Virus record (IMG/VR): IMGVR_UViG_3300030397_000824
Span: 37,047-101,046 of that record
Source of the DNA: a virus
DNA length: 64,000 nucleotides
Direction: 5' to 3' (one strand)
Positions 25,939-36,700 of this stretch are shown here, one piece after another. Each line of letters begins with the position of its first letter. The stretch's first letter is position 1. The position numbers and the translations under genes are program-made. The notes under the pieces were generated by a model. That model did not search any database and had not been told where the DNA came from. It saw only the letters and a list, made by a program, of their open reading frames with translations.

Positions 25939-26814
25939 ATGGCTGAACAGCAACCACAAATCGACGATTTCCGTCCTTCCTTCGCGCTAGAGCATGTAGC
26001 AGCGAAATTGGAACCCTTTGACCTTCTGCGTTTGGGCCTCTCGTTGGGTGGTGCTGACCAACGCTCGGATACTTCCGATGCCCTTCAGGGTGGTGCGGTC
26101 TCGAACATACCCAATGCAGGCCAGCGGGCCGCTGGTACAGTTGATGCCGCAAACTCACAACTAAACTCACTGAATACTCATGCCCTTGCGCCGATATTCT
26201 TAACCAACGGTTTAGTATTTCCATACAATCCTTCTATTTCGGAAGGAATCTCGGTGAAATACGATACTATGGAACTGACTCATACCAATGAATCATTTCA
26301 TGTGTATAGCGGAACCGACAACGTTCGAATAAACATTTCGGATGCCAAGTGGACATGTGATACTTTTGACAACGCGGTGTATGCGTTGTCCGCATTACAC
26401 TTTTTCCGGACATACAGTCATATGGACTTCGGTGCAGGTCGAACAGGTCGTCCACCAAGCCCGATGTGGTTTTCTGCATACGGGAACTATGCGTACCACC
26501 GTGTACCCGTTTTGATGGAAAAGGCCGACTGGTCATTCCCGGCTGATGTTGACTATGTTGGTATCCCGGAATTCGGTACGCCAGAATATCGTCAACGTGT
26601 TCTTCAGTACGAGAGAAACGAAAGCACCCAGTATACTTGGTTGCCGATGGTTTTCACCATTTCATCCATCTCGTTGGTTGTTCAACACTCGCCGTCGTTC
26701 TGGTCCAACTGGAATCTTGACATGTACCGTTCCGGTGAACTGCTACGACAGCGGAAGAATTTCCACATAACAAATCCAGCATTGACATCGCGTAATGGCG
26801 GGGGCAGACCATAA
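25939..26814 (+). CDS. Baseplate/tail tube initiator-like protein
   Basis: VFPYNP.I, LTHTN, ALHFFR, PP...FSAYG, FP.DVDYV; precedes gp53-like gene. Confidence 0.65.
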   Translation: MAEQQPQIDDFRPSFALEHVAAKLEPFDLLRLGLSLGGADQRSDTSDALQGGAVSNIPNAGQRAAGTVDAANSQLNSLNTHALAPIFLTNGLVFPYNPSISEGISVKYDTMELTHTNESFHVYSGTDNVRINISDAKWTCDTFDNAVYALSALHFFRTYSHMDFGAGRTGRPPSPMWFSAYGNYAYHRVPVLMEKADWSFPADVDYVGIPEFGTPEYRQRVLQYERNESTQYTWLPMVFTISSISLVVQHSPSFWSNWNLDMYRSGELLRQRKNFHITNPALTSRNGGGRP

Positions 26815-27113
26815 TGGCTTACGAACCAGATTACGAACAGGCGTCTCCTTTTGGTGTTACCACAATCATCAATCGATTCATGGTGTATTATGTGCACCGT
26901 GTGGTTGAGCCTCACTTTTTGGATGCCGTTATTGAGTTGAATGACGAGCGCTATGTCAACCGTCCTGATATTTTGGCGAATGACTTGTATGGTGATCCTG
27001 ATTTATTTTGGGTGATTGCAGTCCGTAATGGATTACAAGACCCGGTTTTTGATTTCAAGAGGGGTGAGTTTTTCACAATTCCCCACCCATCATATGTGCG
27101 GTCAATTGTATAA
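26814..27113 (+). CDS. Baseplate wedge protein gp53 / LysM-like
   Basis: RPDILANDLYGDPDLFWVIAVRN. Confidence 0.85.
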   Translation: MAYEPDYEQASPFGVTTIINRFMVYYVHRVVEPHFLDAVIELNDERYVNRPDILANDLYGDPDLFWVIAVRNGLQDPVFDFKRGEFFTIPHPSYVRSIV

Positions 27114-29725
27114 TGGCTGCGGCATTCAGAAACAGACAGAGACAACAGCTTCGTGACAATACTGGTTCGAACGAAGTTCGTGATTTGGATGATAATCGAA
27201 ATATTAATACACGGACTGGGTCTGCGGTAAATCGAGTTATTAACGAACAAAACGGAAATACCGAAAGAGAAGGAAACACAACCGCAATACGAAGTCAGAC
27301 CCTTTTTAATAAAAAGACCGATATTAGTAGCGGCGGTGTACGGTTTGGTAGACGGCGACGCGATATCCAGACAAGAACAGCAGCTACCAATATCGCAGAA
27401 AACACTGACAAAGCAACCGCAACACAAGAACGCTTCGACACGACAAACATAGCACAAAACATTAGTGTGCAACCACGTGATGATGTTGACTCATTGAAAA
27501 TCCCAGATAATGTATTATTGCCTTACGTCAATATGCAATATCATTTGGTTTGGTCTATGGTTCCTGCCGAGGTTGTCCCGAAAGTTCAACAGAATATTCC
27601 TATTGGCGCAACGTCACCGGAAACTGGAAATTTCAGTGATTTACAGCGAGCAATATTGGCCGAAGGGTCTATCCCGTTTGCATCGACTGGTGACGTATTC
27701 CGCTTCGAGCGAGCACCAGAGGAATTCGACCCGAGTTCTGCCGATCCTGAATTAATTTCTCCTGACCCAACGAGGCTGTTCAGGCAACAGTGGACTCCCA
27801 AGAAGGGTAGGCATTATTACAACATAGAATCGCTTTCTATGGAAAACGTAATGGCCCCAACTGCGGCCAACCCATTTATGAACTCAATGGTAAGTGGAAA
27901 AATAACACTGGTCGAGCCACACGGGTTTAAGTGGAATGAGGATGCACGCCGTGTAGCAAATGATAACGGATACAATGGAATATCACTGGGCCGTGTTCTA
28001 TGGCGTTTGGATATATTCTTCTCTGGTTATAACCAAGATACCGGCGAGTGGCAATCGTTTATTCCGTTGGACACGAGGACACGGAAAGTTCGACTATTAA
28101 CCTATTACATGAATATTACCACGGTCGAAGCAAAAGTGACCCATACCGGAACCACATACGACATGAGTATTGTTCCAAGTGGGCATTCGGCGTATCGTCC
28201 TGAAGAAATCAATATTGATGCAACTGCTATTTTTACTGGAAGCCAATCCCAGACACAAACCTTTGGTGGATTCTTAGACCGCGTTGCACAAGCCATGAAT
28301 AGATCGGTTTCCGAACGAACTAGTGGACAAGTTGTGCGTAATTATGAATTCAAAGCTCCAGCGACTTTGTTGGCGGCGGAATTCTTTTCGGGGGAATTTG
28401 AAAGTAAGCTCGGTTTTCTCAAAAATGATCCGAAGGGCGGGTCTGTTGTGAACACGGGTCGTGATATGGATGTTATCACGCTTGTTCAAGATGCGTTGAA
28501 GGACTTGGAACTTTCATGGAATAACATCCTCAAAAAGGATGATCCGAAACATCTCAAACCACGTGTCCATTGGGGAATCCGATTCAACGTTGTTTATGGT
28601 TCTGGTGTAAATCCCGGAACCCATGATTATGACGCGATCACCAACCAATACATTATTGAACCGTTTGTAACGTACAAGCATGCCACCATAAACAATCGTG
28701 CGGAAATGGAAAAGGTGGTTAATGTTCAATCTCAGGCAGACCGAATTCGGGAAATGTTGCGATTGGGAATGATCAACCGAATTTACAATTACATCAATAC
28801 GGCGGAAAACAACGAGGTTATTGAAGTTGATATTGCGTTGAAGAATTTTTATTACCACACCATGTTCACGGAAGCCCAAGGCTCTGCGAGTATGGGTGGT
28901 GGACAGAATTCGGCTGGTGCATCGAAGAACACACAGATCATCGTTAAGGACGAGAGAATCAAGCAAGAAGGAACGATTAGTGATGATAAAGGTGAGGTCG
29001 TTCCCAGTAATTTAGAGAATTCTGTAGAATCATCCCTACGCCGACTGTTCGGAAGCACAATCGATAATCCATCCGCTACGTGCGATGCTCGAACCTTTAA
29101 GAATCCTGCTGATGTTTATGGTGGTGGATTCGGCGAAATGCCGAAAACGGATGCCACAGGTTCTATCGGTGGTAGTGACCAACTCCGACGTGCCGAGTAC
29201 CAAGCAAACATCAATGATCATATTCAAAATGATATGATCCGCATTGAAATGGAAGTGCGTGGTGATCCACTATGGCTGCTGACATCATACGGAAAGGATA
29301 GTGGAAATATCTTAACAATTGGTGATCAATCAACAAATCTAAACCTTTCGTCTGCATTGGTTCAAACTCAAGCTGCCCGATGCTTCTTTCTGCGGATGTT
29401 TGCACCGCACCAAGATGATTACATGAACCCAGATCGTGATGAGGCATCGACTGCTTGCAGTATTCTTGGCGGTTTTTACGAAACCATCAAGGTTACATCA
29501 AACTTCCAAGGTGGGAAGTTCACCCAAACGTTGCTTGCAGCTAAGATGAATCACCTAAATTACATTGAGAACAACATTAGTTTGGCAACGAATTCGGAAG
29601 TGGTTAGTGAACCGGTAGGAACGGTAACTACAACTCAAACCAATGTTCCACAGAGAAATCAGAGGCCGGGTAATTATCAAGCTGGAATATTTGTGGCATT
29701 CCCACGTGGTAGTGATAGAGCGTAA
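27113..29725 (+). CDS. Baseplate hub protein (gp27/gpD-like)
   Basis: Between gp53 and gp5; EMEVRGDP.WL, GFYE...V...F.GGKFTQTL. Confidence 0.7.
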   Translation: MAAAFRNRQRQQLRDNTGSNEVRDLDDNRNINTRTGSAVNRVINEQNGNTEREGNTTAIRSQTLFNKKTDISSGGVRFGRRRRDIQTRTAATNIAENTDKATATQERFDTTNIAQNISVQPRDDVDSLKIPDNVLLPYVNMQYHLVWSMVPAEVVPKVQQNIPIGATSPETGNFSDLQRAILAEGSIPFASTGDVFRFERAPEEFDPSSADPELISPDPTRLFRQQWTPKKGRHYYNIESLSMENVMAPTAANPFMNSMVSGKITLVEPHGFKWNEDARRVANDNGYNGISLGRVLWRLDIFFSGYNQDTGEWQSFIPLDTRTRKVRLLTYYMNITTVEAKVTHTGTTYDMSIVPSGHSAYRPEEINIDATAIFTGSQSQTQTFGGFLDRVAQAMNRSVSERTSGQVVRNYEFKAPATLLAAEFFSGEFESKLGFLKNDPKGGSVVNTGRDMDVITLVQDALKDLELSWNNILKKDDPKHLKPRVHWGIRFNVVYGSGVNPGTHDYDAITNQYIIEPFVTYKHATINNRAEMEKVVNVQSQADRIREMLRLGMINRIYNYINTAENNEVIEVDIALKNFYYHTMFTEAQGSASMGGGQNSAGASKNTQIIVKDERIKQEGTISDDKGEVVPSNLENSVESSLRRLFGSTIDNPSATCDARTFKNPADVYGGGFGEMPKTDATGSIGGSDQLRRAEYQANINDHIQNDMIRIEMEVRGDPLWLLTSYGKDSGNILTIGDQSTNLNLSSALVQTQAARCFFLRMFAPHQDDYMNPDRDEASTACSILGGFYETIKVTSNFQGGKFTQTLLAAKMNHLNYIENNISLATNSEVVSEPVGTVTTTQTNVPQRNQRPGNYQAGIFVAFPRGSDRA

Positions 29726-29741
29726 ACAATAGGACAGGAAT

Positions 29742-32288
29742 ATGCCAAACTTTGACGATGGCATCAGTAAGGCGGTAAGAAGTAGCTGGTCTGGTGGTCG
29801 AAATACTCCAAATGCTGAATCTCCATTACCGGGATTTTATACCGGTATTGTCATGGACGATGCTGATGATCAGCGCATGGGTCAGGTATGGGTTTATATT
29901 CCGGGAATATCACAACGACGAATTCGTCAGCAACAAGCCCTTCCCACATATGGTGGTACCGCCCCGGATAGAAACAACAGCACCGGCAGTATAAAATGGG
30001 ATCAAGATTTGCGTATGGGGTGGATTCAGTGTTCTCCTCTGTTACCGTTTTTTGGCGGTGATGATTATCGTGTATCCCGAAGCCCGGGTGGTGATTATAG
30101 AAACGCTGGAAATGGTGACGTAAACGCATATGGCTTTTGGGCTCAACCTCGCATCGGTGATGAAGTGGGTATTCTGTTTGCCCATGGCGATTCTGCGAAG
30201 GGTTTTTGGATCGGGTGCATGCCTAAGTATGCCCGTAACTTCATGGTTCCGGGTTCTCCCGGGCGTCCACCAGAAGACCTTGACGACAAAATCGACGAAG
30301 CTAGCGAGAACGATCCCAACCCGTCGCTCCACAAGGTCACCAAACAAATTAAACAGGAAGCTTCGCAGACGGTTGATCCGTCGTTGGTTCCTGCAATGGA
30401 TAAAGTCCGTCGATTGAGTTCGAACAAGGCGATCCCCGTTGAACGGGAATTGATTGATGTACTCGTCTCCCCAGAGTTCGCACAAAATGTACAAAAGGCT
30501 GGACTACTCACTGACCCGCTGCGTGGTGCTGGTACATCGAGTGCCCGCCGTGAAAGTCCGTCATACGTGTACGGATTTAAATCGGCTGGTTGGAATTTTG
30601 ATAGTGAAAAAGCAAACCTGAACACCGCTAGCGGTGAACGCGTTCAATTTGGTGCTTCTGGTGAAGATAACGTATACAAGGATATCAATACCACTGGTCA
30701 TCAACTAACCTTTGATGATCATCCTGACCACCAAGGCGTTCGGCTCCGTACTTCTGCGGGTTCACAATTATACTTTGCGGATCGGTGTAACGAACCGTTC
30801 ATTTACATTTCCACTGCTCAGGGAAATGTTTGGCTGGAATTTATTGACAACGGGAAGATCAACATATTTGCTGAGGATAGCGTTTCTGTCCACTCGCGTA
30901 TGGATATCAACATGACTGCGGACCGTGATATTAACATCGACGCACAGCGTGATTTGAATCTTCAAGTACGACGAAACACAAACTTCACATTGAAGGGAGA
31001 AAACAATTGGGAGTTTGGACGTAACGACTTGCCTCCAGAAGACCTCAAATACAATTCGAGCCCAGACTGGGGAACAGGAACTCCACAGGACACCCTTATC
31101 CACAATTATGGAAACGTTGACTGGGTGGTCGATGACGCATTCAGTATGAGTATCGGGTCCGGTCTTGATTTGAGTTCTGGAACAACTGCAAACATAGAAT
31201 CTGGTTCTGACCTTAACATCAATGCCGCTTCCGATATTAATGTTGAAGCTGGCTCGGCAATGAATCTGCTTGCTGGTGGAGCGGGCGCACTCACTGCAAC
31301 AACATTAGACTTTTTTGCTACCAGCGGGGACTTGATTGCAACCGCCGACGAAATTCACTTCAATGGACCGCAAGCAGCAACCGCTGGATCGGCAGGAAGT
31401 GCATCAACAGCGTCAGCGGCATCTCTGCCATCGACTGGACGCACGTTCCGTGTTCCAACGAATCAGGAGATTATGGATTGTGAGGAACCACCAGCCGTAT
31501 TCGATACTTTGGAAGGTATTGTTGTTCCACAACACCAGCCATGGCCGGAGCGTTGTAAATCGACGGCGGGTACACGTGGTTTCGTTGACGAAGCTCCCGT
31601 GGATGTGTCCCGTGCTGGTTCCACAACCGAGACATCATTAGCGCCCCTTAACTTGCCGGAGGAAACACGATTCCGTCAAGGACAGCCGTTCTCGACTTCG
31701 AATCTCACCGAAGCTCCCTCATACAATGACGTGGCTCCACGCGGAACATTTGCCGCATGTGACACCTACACCACATCAGACAAGGGTGTTGAATTCTTGC
31801 ATCGGCAGGAAGGATTCCGAACGAAGGCATATCCGGATGCAGATGGATATTCCATCGGATATGGACACTTCATCAAGGTGGGTGATACTATCAATGGTGA
31901 TACGATCAATGGGCGTGTCACTCAGGAAGATATTAATTTCTTGAAGCGTACAAAGGGCCAACTAAACATCACGAAGGAAGAGGCGGACCGTCTATTCCGA
32001 TTGGATTTGGTTAAGTTCGAAGAAGATATCTGCTTGGAAGTTAGTACCAATATCACGCAGGGTCAGTTCGATGCTATGGTCAGTTATGCGTACAATGGTG
32101 GTCGTGGTGCGTTGCGTAGAATGATACAGCGAAGCAATTTCAATACCGGGGATTTCTCTTTGGTTCCGCAGGCATGGATGAGGTTGTCAACTTGCAGTCG
32201 ATGCCCTGCTTCCCAACGGCCACGAATCGAAGCAGCACTTCGAAATCGTCGCCGTCAGGAATTGGAACTATTGTTCGCTCAGGTTTAA
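29742..32288 (+). CDS. gp5: Baseplate central spike with C-terminal GH24 lysozyme (gp5-like)
   Basis: OB-fold YTGIVMDDAD..G.VWVYIP, P.IGDEV; TTGHQLTFDD; beta-helix-like repeats; EGFRTKAYPD..GYSIGYGH, ITQGQFDAMVS..YN.G. Confidence 0.9.
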   Translation: MPNFDDGISKAVRSSWSGGRNTPNAESPLPGFYTGIVMDDADDQRMGQVWVYIPGISQRRIRQQQALPTYGGTAPDRNNSTGSIKWDQDLRMGWIQCSPLLPFFGGDDYRVSRSPGGDYRNAGNGDVNAYGFWAQPRIGDEVGILFAHGDSAKGFWIGCMPKYARNFMVPGSPGRPPEDLDDKIDEASENDPNPSLHKVTKQIKQEASQTVDPSLVPAMDKVRRLSSNKAIPVERELIDVLVSPEFAQNVQKAGLLTDPLRGAGTSSARRESPSYVYGFKSAGWNFDSEKANLNTASGERVQFGASGEDNVYKDINTTGHQLTFDDHPDHQGVRLRTSAGSQLYFADRCNEPFIYISTAQGNVWLEFIDNGKINIFAEDSVSVHSRMDINMTADRDINIDAQRDLNLQVRRNTNFTLKGENNWEFGRNDLPPEDLKYNSSPDWGTGTPQDTLIHNYGNVDWVVDDAFSMSIGSGLDLSSGTTANIESGSDLNINAASDINVEAGSAMNLLAGGAGALTATTLDFFATSGDLIATADEIHFNGPQAATAGSAGSASTASAASLPSTGRTFRVPTNQEIMDCEEPPAVFDTLEGIVVPQHQPWPERCKSTAGTRGFVDEAPVDVSRAGSTTETSLAPLNLPEETRFRQGQPFSTSNLTEAPSYNDVAPRGTFAACDTYTTSDKGVEFLHRQEGFRTKAYPDADGYSIGYGHFIKVGDTINGDTINGRVTQEDINFLKRTKGQLNITKEEADRLFRLDLVKFEEDICLEVSTNITQGQFDAMVSYAYNGGRGALRRMIQRSNFNTGDFSLVPQAWMRLSTCSRCPASQRPRIEAALRNRRRQELELLFAQV

Positions 32289-33259
32289 TCGCAGAACAGG
32301 TCTTCGGTATGAATCCGACGCTCGCCCGCGAGGCGATGAAGCTCTTCGGTCATCTTTCGCATAGCTTCGATTCGGACTTGGCGAATTCGTTCCTTGGAAA
32401 CTGAAAACTGTTCACCAAGATCATCGAGCGTTCTTTGGTTTTCTTTTTCCGTAAGAATCTGAGCTACGAAGACAGTTTTCTCTCGATGACTCAATACCTG
32501 CATAGCTTCCGTAACCAGTTTTTTATGAAAGGTAATTGAATCACCAATCATGGCGGACTCTTCGGCATCATTATCCGGGTCTTCGAGTGTTTCTCCAAGA
32601 GTGGATAATTCGGACTCACCATCGGAACTGCTTGCGACTGGATGATCTAACGACTCGTAAGGGCGTTGAAACATTTGAAACATCATCATGACATCGGTCT
32701 CGTCCACATTATGTGCTTCGGCCAATTCCTGAACAATATCATTGGTAATCTTGAATGTGCCGTGAGCCTGAAGCTCGATAGCAATCAACTTCCGCATCGA
32801 ATAGAATAACTTCTTTTTGTTGTGGTTCGTACAGAACTGAACGTAAAAGAAATGACGCATACCGAATCCCTGCATCATACCTTTGACACAGGTCTTGGCA
32901 TAAGATGCAAAACGAACATTATCATGTTCCGATGGTTTGAATCGACGGGCAGCTTCCGAAAGGGCCATCAACCCCTCGGATAGAAGTTCCTCATCCTCAA
33001 CGCGATAATTGGCTACTTCTTTCATGGCACGACGAATCGTCGGTCCGTAAGCCATAAGGATTCGGGTTAGGTAACGATTATCGTCACCACCAGTGAATCG
33101 GGTTATTTTATCGTTCTTTGGGTCCATGAAAGCTTTGAACCCCTTTGGGTTACTATCCCACCAAGCGCGGAATAAAGCCTTTTCCTCCTCAGCAGTGAGT
33201 AGTGGTAGATATCCTTTAACGAATTGTTTTGCGTCGCTGGTTTTTATTGCATCACGCAT
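32285..33259 (-). CDS. rpoH: RpoH (sigma32)-like sigma factor
   Basis: L..EEE..L, EG.M.L..A..RF.P, RFASYA, RpoH-box-like TNHNKKKLFYSMRK, SLD.P, TLDDLGEQF.VSKERIRQ. Confidence 0.88.
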   Translation of the reverse strand: MRDAIKTSDAKQFVKGYLPLLTAEEEKALFRAWWDSNPKGFKAFMDPKNDKITRFTGGDDNRYLTRILMAYGPTIRRAMKEVANYRVEDEELLSEGLMALSEAARRFKPSEHDNVRFASYAKTCVKGMMQGFGMRHFFYVQFCTNHNKKKLFYSMRKLIAIELQAHGTFKITNDIVQELAEAHNVDETDVMMMFQMFQRPYESLDHPVASSSDGESELSTLGETLEDPDNDAEESAMIGDSITFHKKLVTEAMQVLSHREKTVFVAQILTEKENQRTLDDLGEQFSVSKERIRQVRIEAMRKMTEELHRLAGERRIHTEDLFCD

Positions 33260-33309
33260 TATTTTCTCCAGTTCTCTTTGGTTTGTATTTTCCGTAACGG
33301 ATTGGATGG

Positions 33310-33315
33310 TAAATA
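33310..33315 (+). promoter_or_regulatory. Late promoter
   Basis: GTAAATAG upstream of gp25. Confidence 0.55.
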
Positions 33316-33351
33316 GTCTTCATGCTGGTCAAAAAGCATGGCGACCGAATC

Positions 33352-33381
33352 AATATGGTTATAATTTAGTGGATTTTCAAG
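33352..33381 (-). promoter_or_regulatory. sigma32-type promoter of rpoH
   Basis: CTTGAAA-N14-AACCATAT, close to CTTGAAA/CCCCATNT consensus. Confidence 0.65.
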
Positions 33382-33382
33382 T

Positions 33383-33754
33383 ATGGTAGCACCTCTGTAT
33401 CGTGGTTTTTCAACTGTTGCGAATGATGGAATTGACACCCGTCTGTTCGACGTGGAGTTAGTTAAGCAGGATTTACTCAACCACTTTAATACTCGTGTTG
33501 GTGAGCGTGTGGCTAGACCGTCATTTGGTTCCATCATTCATGACCTGTTATTCGACCTCTTTGATTCTCGTACCGAGGGTCTGGTGATCGCAGACGCTCA
33601 GCGTATTTTCAGCGAAGACCCCCGGGTAGTACCACTGGAAGTCAACGTTGACATAAACCCCGATGAGCATCAGATTACGTTAGATGCTACCTTACAAATG
33701 GTAGAATTCGATATGAATACCAATTTCCACGCTATATTCGAGGCTAGAGTCTAA
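33383..33754 (+). CDS. gp25: Baseplate wedge subunit gp25
   Basis: DLLNHFNTR.GER..RP.FGS.I.DLLF, DPRV. Confidence 0.92.
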   Translation: MVAPLYRGFSTVANDGIDTRLFDVELVKQDLLNHFNTRVGERVARPSFGSIIHDLLFDLFDSRTEGLVIADAQRIFSEDPRVVPLEVNVDINPDEHQITLDATLQMVEFDMNTNFHAIFEARV

Positions 33755-36700
33755 TGGGCGTACTACAACGACAGAACACCCTGTTTGTTTCAGAAGACTG
33801 GGTCCGTATATACGAAGCCATTCAGAACGTGGATTTCCGTGCCTATGATTTCGACAATTACGTCGCGGCACTTCTCGATCACCTTCGTGATGTCTTTCCA
33901 GAGGAATTTAACGACTGGATAGCATCTTCCGAATTCATCATGAAAGTTGAAGTTTTGGCTTGGTTGAGTCAAAACATCTCATTCCGAATAGACCTTAACA
34001 CAAGAGAGAACTTCCTTGCAACCGCTGAACGCCGGGATTCTCTAATCCGTCTGGCTCAGAACGTTTCCTATAAGGTTTCCCGCGTCCGTGGTGCATCTGG
34101 CCGCGTCCGCGTCGAGGCGGTCCGAACCACCCAGTCCATCTTCGATTCAAACAATATCGACCTTCAGGACCGAGAGATTCGTTGGAACGATCCACGAAAC
34201 GAAGACTTCTTCGAACAATTCATTTTGGTCATGAATGCGGCTTTCACGGGCCGTACACAATTTGGTCGTCCCCTGACCCGGGTAACCAGTGGTACCACCC
34301 GTGCAGAACAATATGTATTCAATGGACGCGCTCCGGCTGCGGGATCGTATACATTCACGGCGACCGTTAATGGCGTTTCTCTGCCATTCGATATTATCAA
34401 TGCCAATTTGAACAAGGATACTGCCCGATCTGAAGAGATTGCTCCCAACCCAGAAAATGCGTACAACGTACTTTACTTCACTGACGGTAAGGGATTGGCA
34501 TCGGATGGTACCGGTTTCTTCTTCGAGATGCGTCAAGGTACGATGCAATTCCAAGAGGAAGAATTTGTTCAGCCCGAGGTCGTGCGCACCGTAGACATCG
34601 AAACTCAGAATATCAACAACGATGATTTCTTCGTGGAACAACTAGATGCTCAGGGTGTTGTCGAAGAGGTATGGGAAGAAGTCGATACCATTTTTGGTGA
34701 GAGCGTTTCGTTCCTTCCGACCGACACCACCGGATTTATCGACGAGGGGTCGGACAACACTGGAAACCAAGCCACCGGTAATGCTCGTCGAGTATATGAG
34801 TTAGACACCCTTGAAAACGACCGAGTCCGAGTTCGGTTTGGTGATGGCTCGTTTGGTGAGATTCCGTTGGGTCGATTCCGCTTCTGGTATCGTACCAGTA
34901 ACCCGCAACCACAACTGGTTACCACGTCGGATATTGGTGAACAGTCGTTTACTATTCCGTATGAGTCAGATGGAACAATCTATTTCTTGACGGTTACTGT
35001 TTCTCTGAAAGAGGACATTGGAAACGCTGCATCGTCGGAAACAAACTTTTCGATTCGAACCCGAGCCAATCAAGTTTTCTACACTCAGAACCGAATGATC
35101 ACGGGCCGTGATTATAATGCGTTTTTCCTTCGTGATAATGCTATCCGTAAAGTGAAGTCGGTCAACCGAACATTTTCTGGTCAATCTCGTTTTGCGAAAC
35201 TGCACGACCCAACTGGTCTTTACGAGAATTTGAAAATTGTGGCCAGTGACGGACGGTTCTATCAGGAGCGCATCACTGGTGTAAACTTTGCATCGGCTGA
35301 CACATCGATTCTTACGAATCCTCTATTGATACAGAACGTCATTGAACCACAGCTTGCGGAAGCCAATAAGGAGCAATTGTATTTCAACGATTATCCGGAA
35401 CAATTCTTCCCAACAACCCATTTTTGGTTTGAAGACTCGGTAGTAAATCAGGAATCGCGTGGCCGTATTGTAGAAACGGTAGATGCTGCGGGCACATCGA
35501 TTGCCGTAGGAGACGCCACAGTCGCCATACCAGCACGTTATATTCTTACGGATTCTGTGTTGCGCTTGGATAACCCTCGTGGCGCTACGGTGCGTGTGGA
35601 GCGTGTGACAGACGATACTGGTTCCTCCGCCGACAGTATAATACTCGAAAGAAACATTAATGACGACATTCGTATTGTCTCAGTCTTTCCGCCATTCCGT
35701 GATAAGTTCACGGAAGCAGAAAAGGTTCTCATCGAACAGCAATTGGAATTGAAGTTGGATTTCGGTCTATCGTGGATTCAGGATACCCAGACATGGAGCA
35801 TCATTCTGGCTGAAAACTTGGATAAGCAGGAATCCGGTGGTGATTTCTCATTGGTCAATCAGGGCGATACCAGTGGGTTGAATCTTGACCAATCGTGGAT
35901 GGTTTATCTCGAATTTGTTCCGGGTGGAACGGACGAAGACCAGTGGCGTGTGGTAGATCGCGGCCTTGGTGTATTTTTCGAATCCGACAGAGAAAACGAT
36001 TTCTACTTTGCCGGTAACGAACCGGTTGTTGATCCCGAAACAGGACAGGTGAACTCCGATACTATCTTGATTCTGGAATCGAACGAATCCCGAGACAGTC
36101 TCCGTCGCCGTAATATCACCAATTTGAACATTACGCCGATTATCCAATGTGATGTATTCTGTTACCAGTTTATTGGTGACGGAGCGACGACCCAATTTAC
36201 TACTTCAGAAAATCCATTGAGCCCAACTGTCACAATTACGGTTGACGACGTTCTTCAACTCAATGGAATCGATTTTAACATCATATCTCAGGTGTCTGGT
36301 GACATCATCGAGTTTGTGGTTCCGCCAGCGGATGGTGCTGACATTCTTGTTTGTATTTCGCTGAATGACATCTTACGTACAACCACTACACGAGTGTTTA
36401 TTGACGTTCAGGGTGATGGAGCGACCGATACATACGATCTTGGTGTTGAATCTCCAGTGCAGGCCGAAAATCTGTTTGTATTCATTGACGGTGTTTATCA
36501 GCGTCCGTTCATTGATTACTCAACCACGACATTGATTAACAACAACGCTGCTATTCTGTTGACATCAACCCTGCCGTCTGGTGCGAACATGTTCGTCTAT
36601 GGTTTGGGCGGAATCTCAGAACCATTGTTCGGACGATTTGATTTTGTTGCCGATGGTGTGTTGACTGATTTTACCGTGGCTGTTGGTAATCAAACAGATG

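Noticed and set aside
31740-32288. Stand-alone endolysin / lysis cassette
   Set aside because: The lysozyme is fused to the gp5 spike; no adjacent holin or spanin
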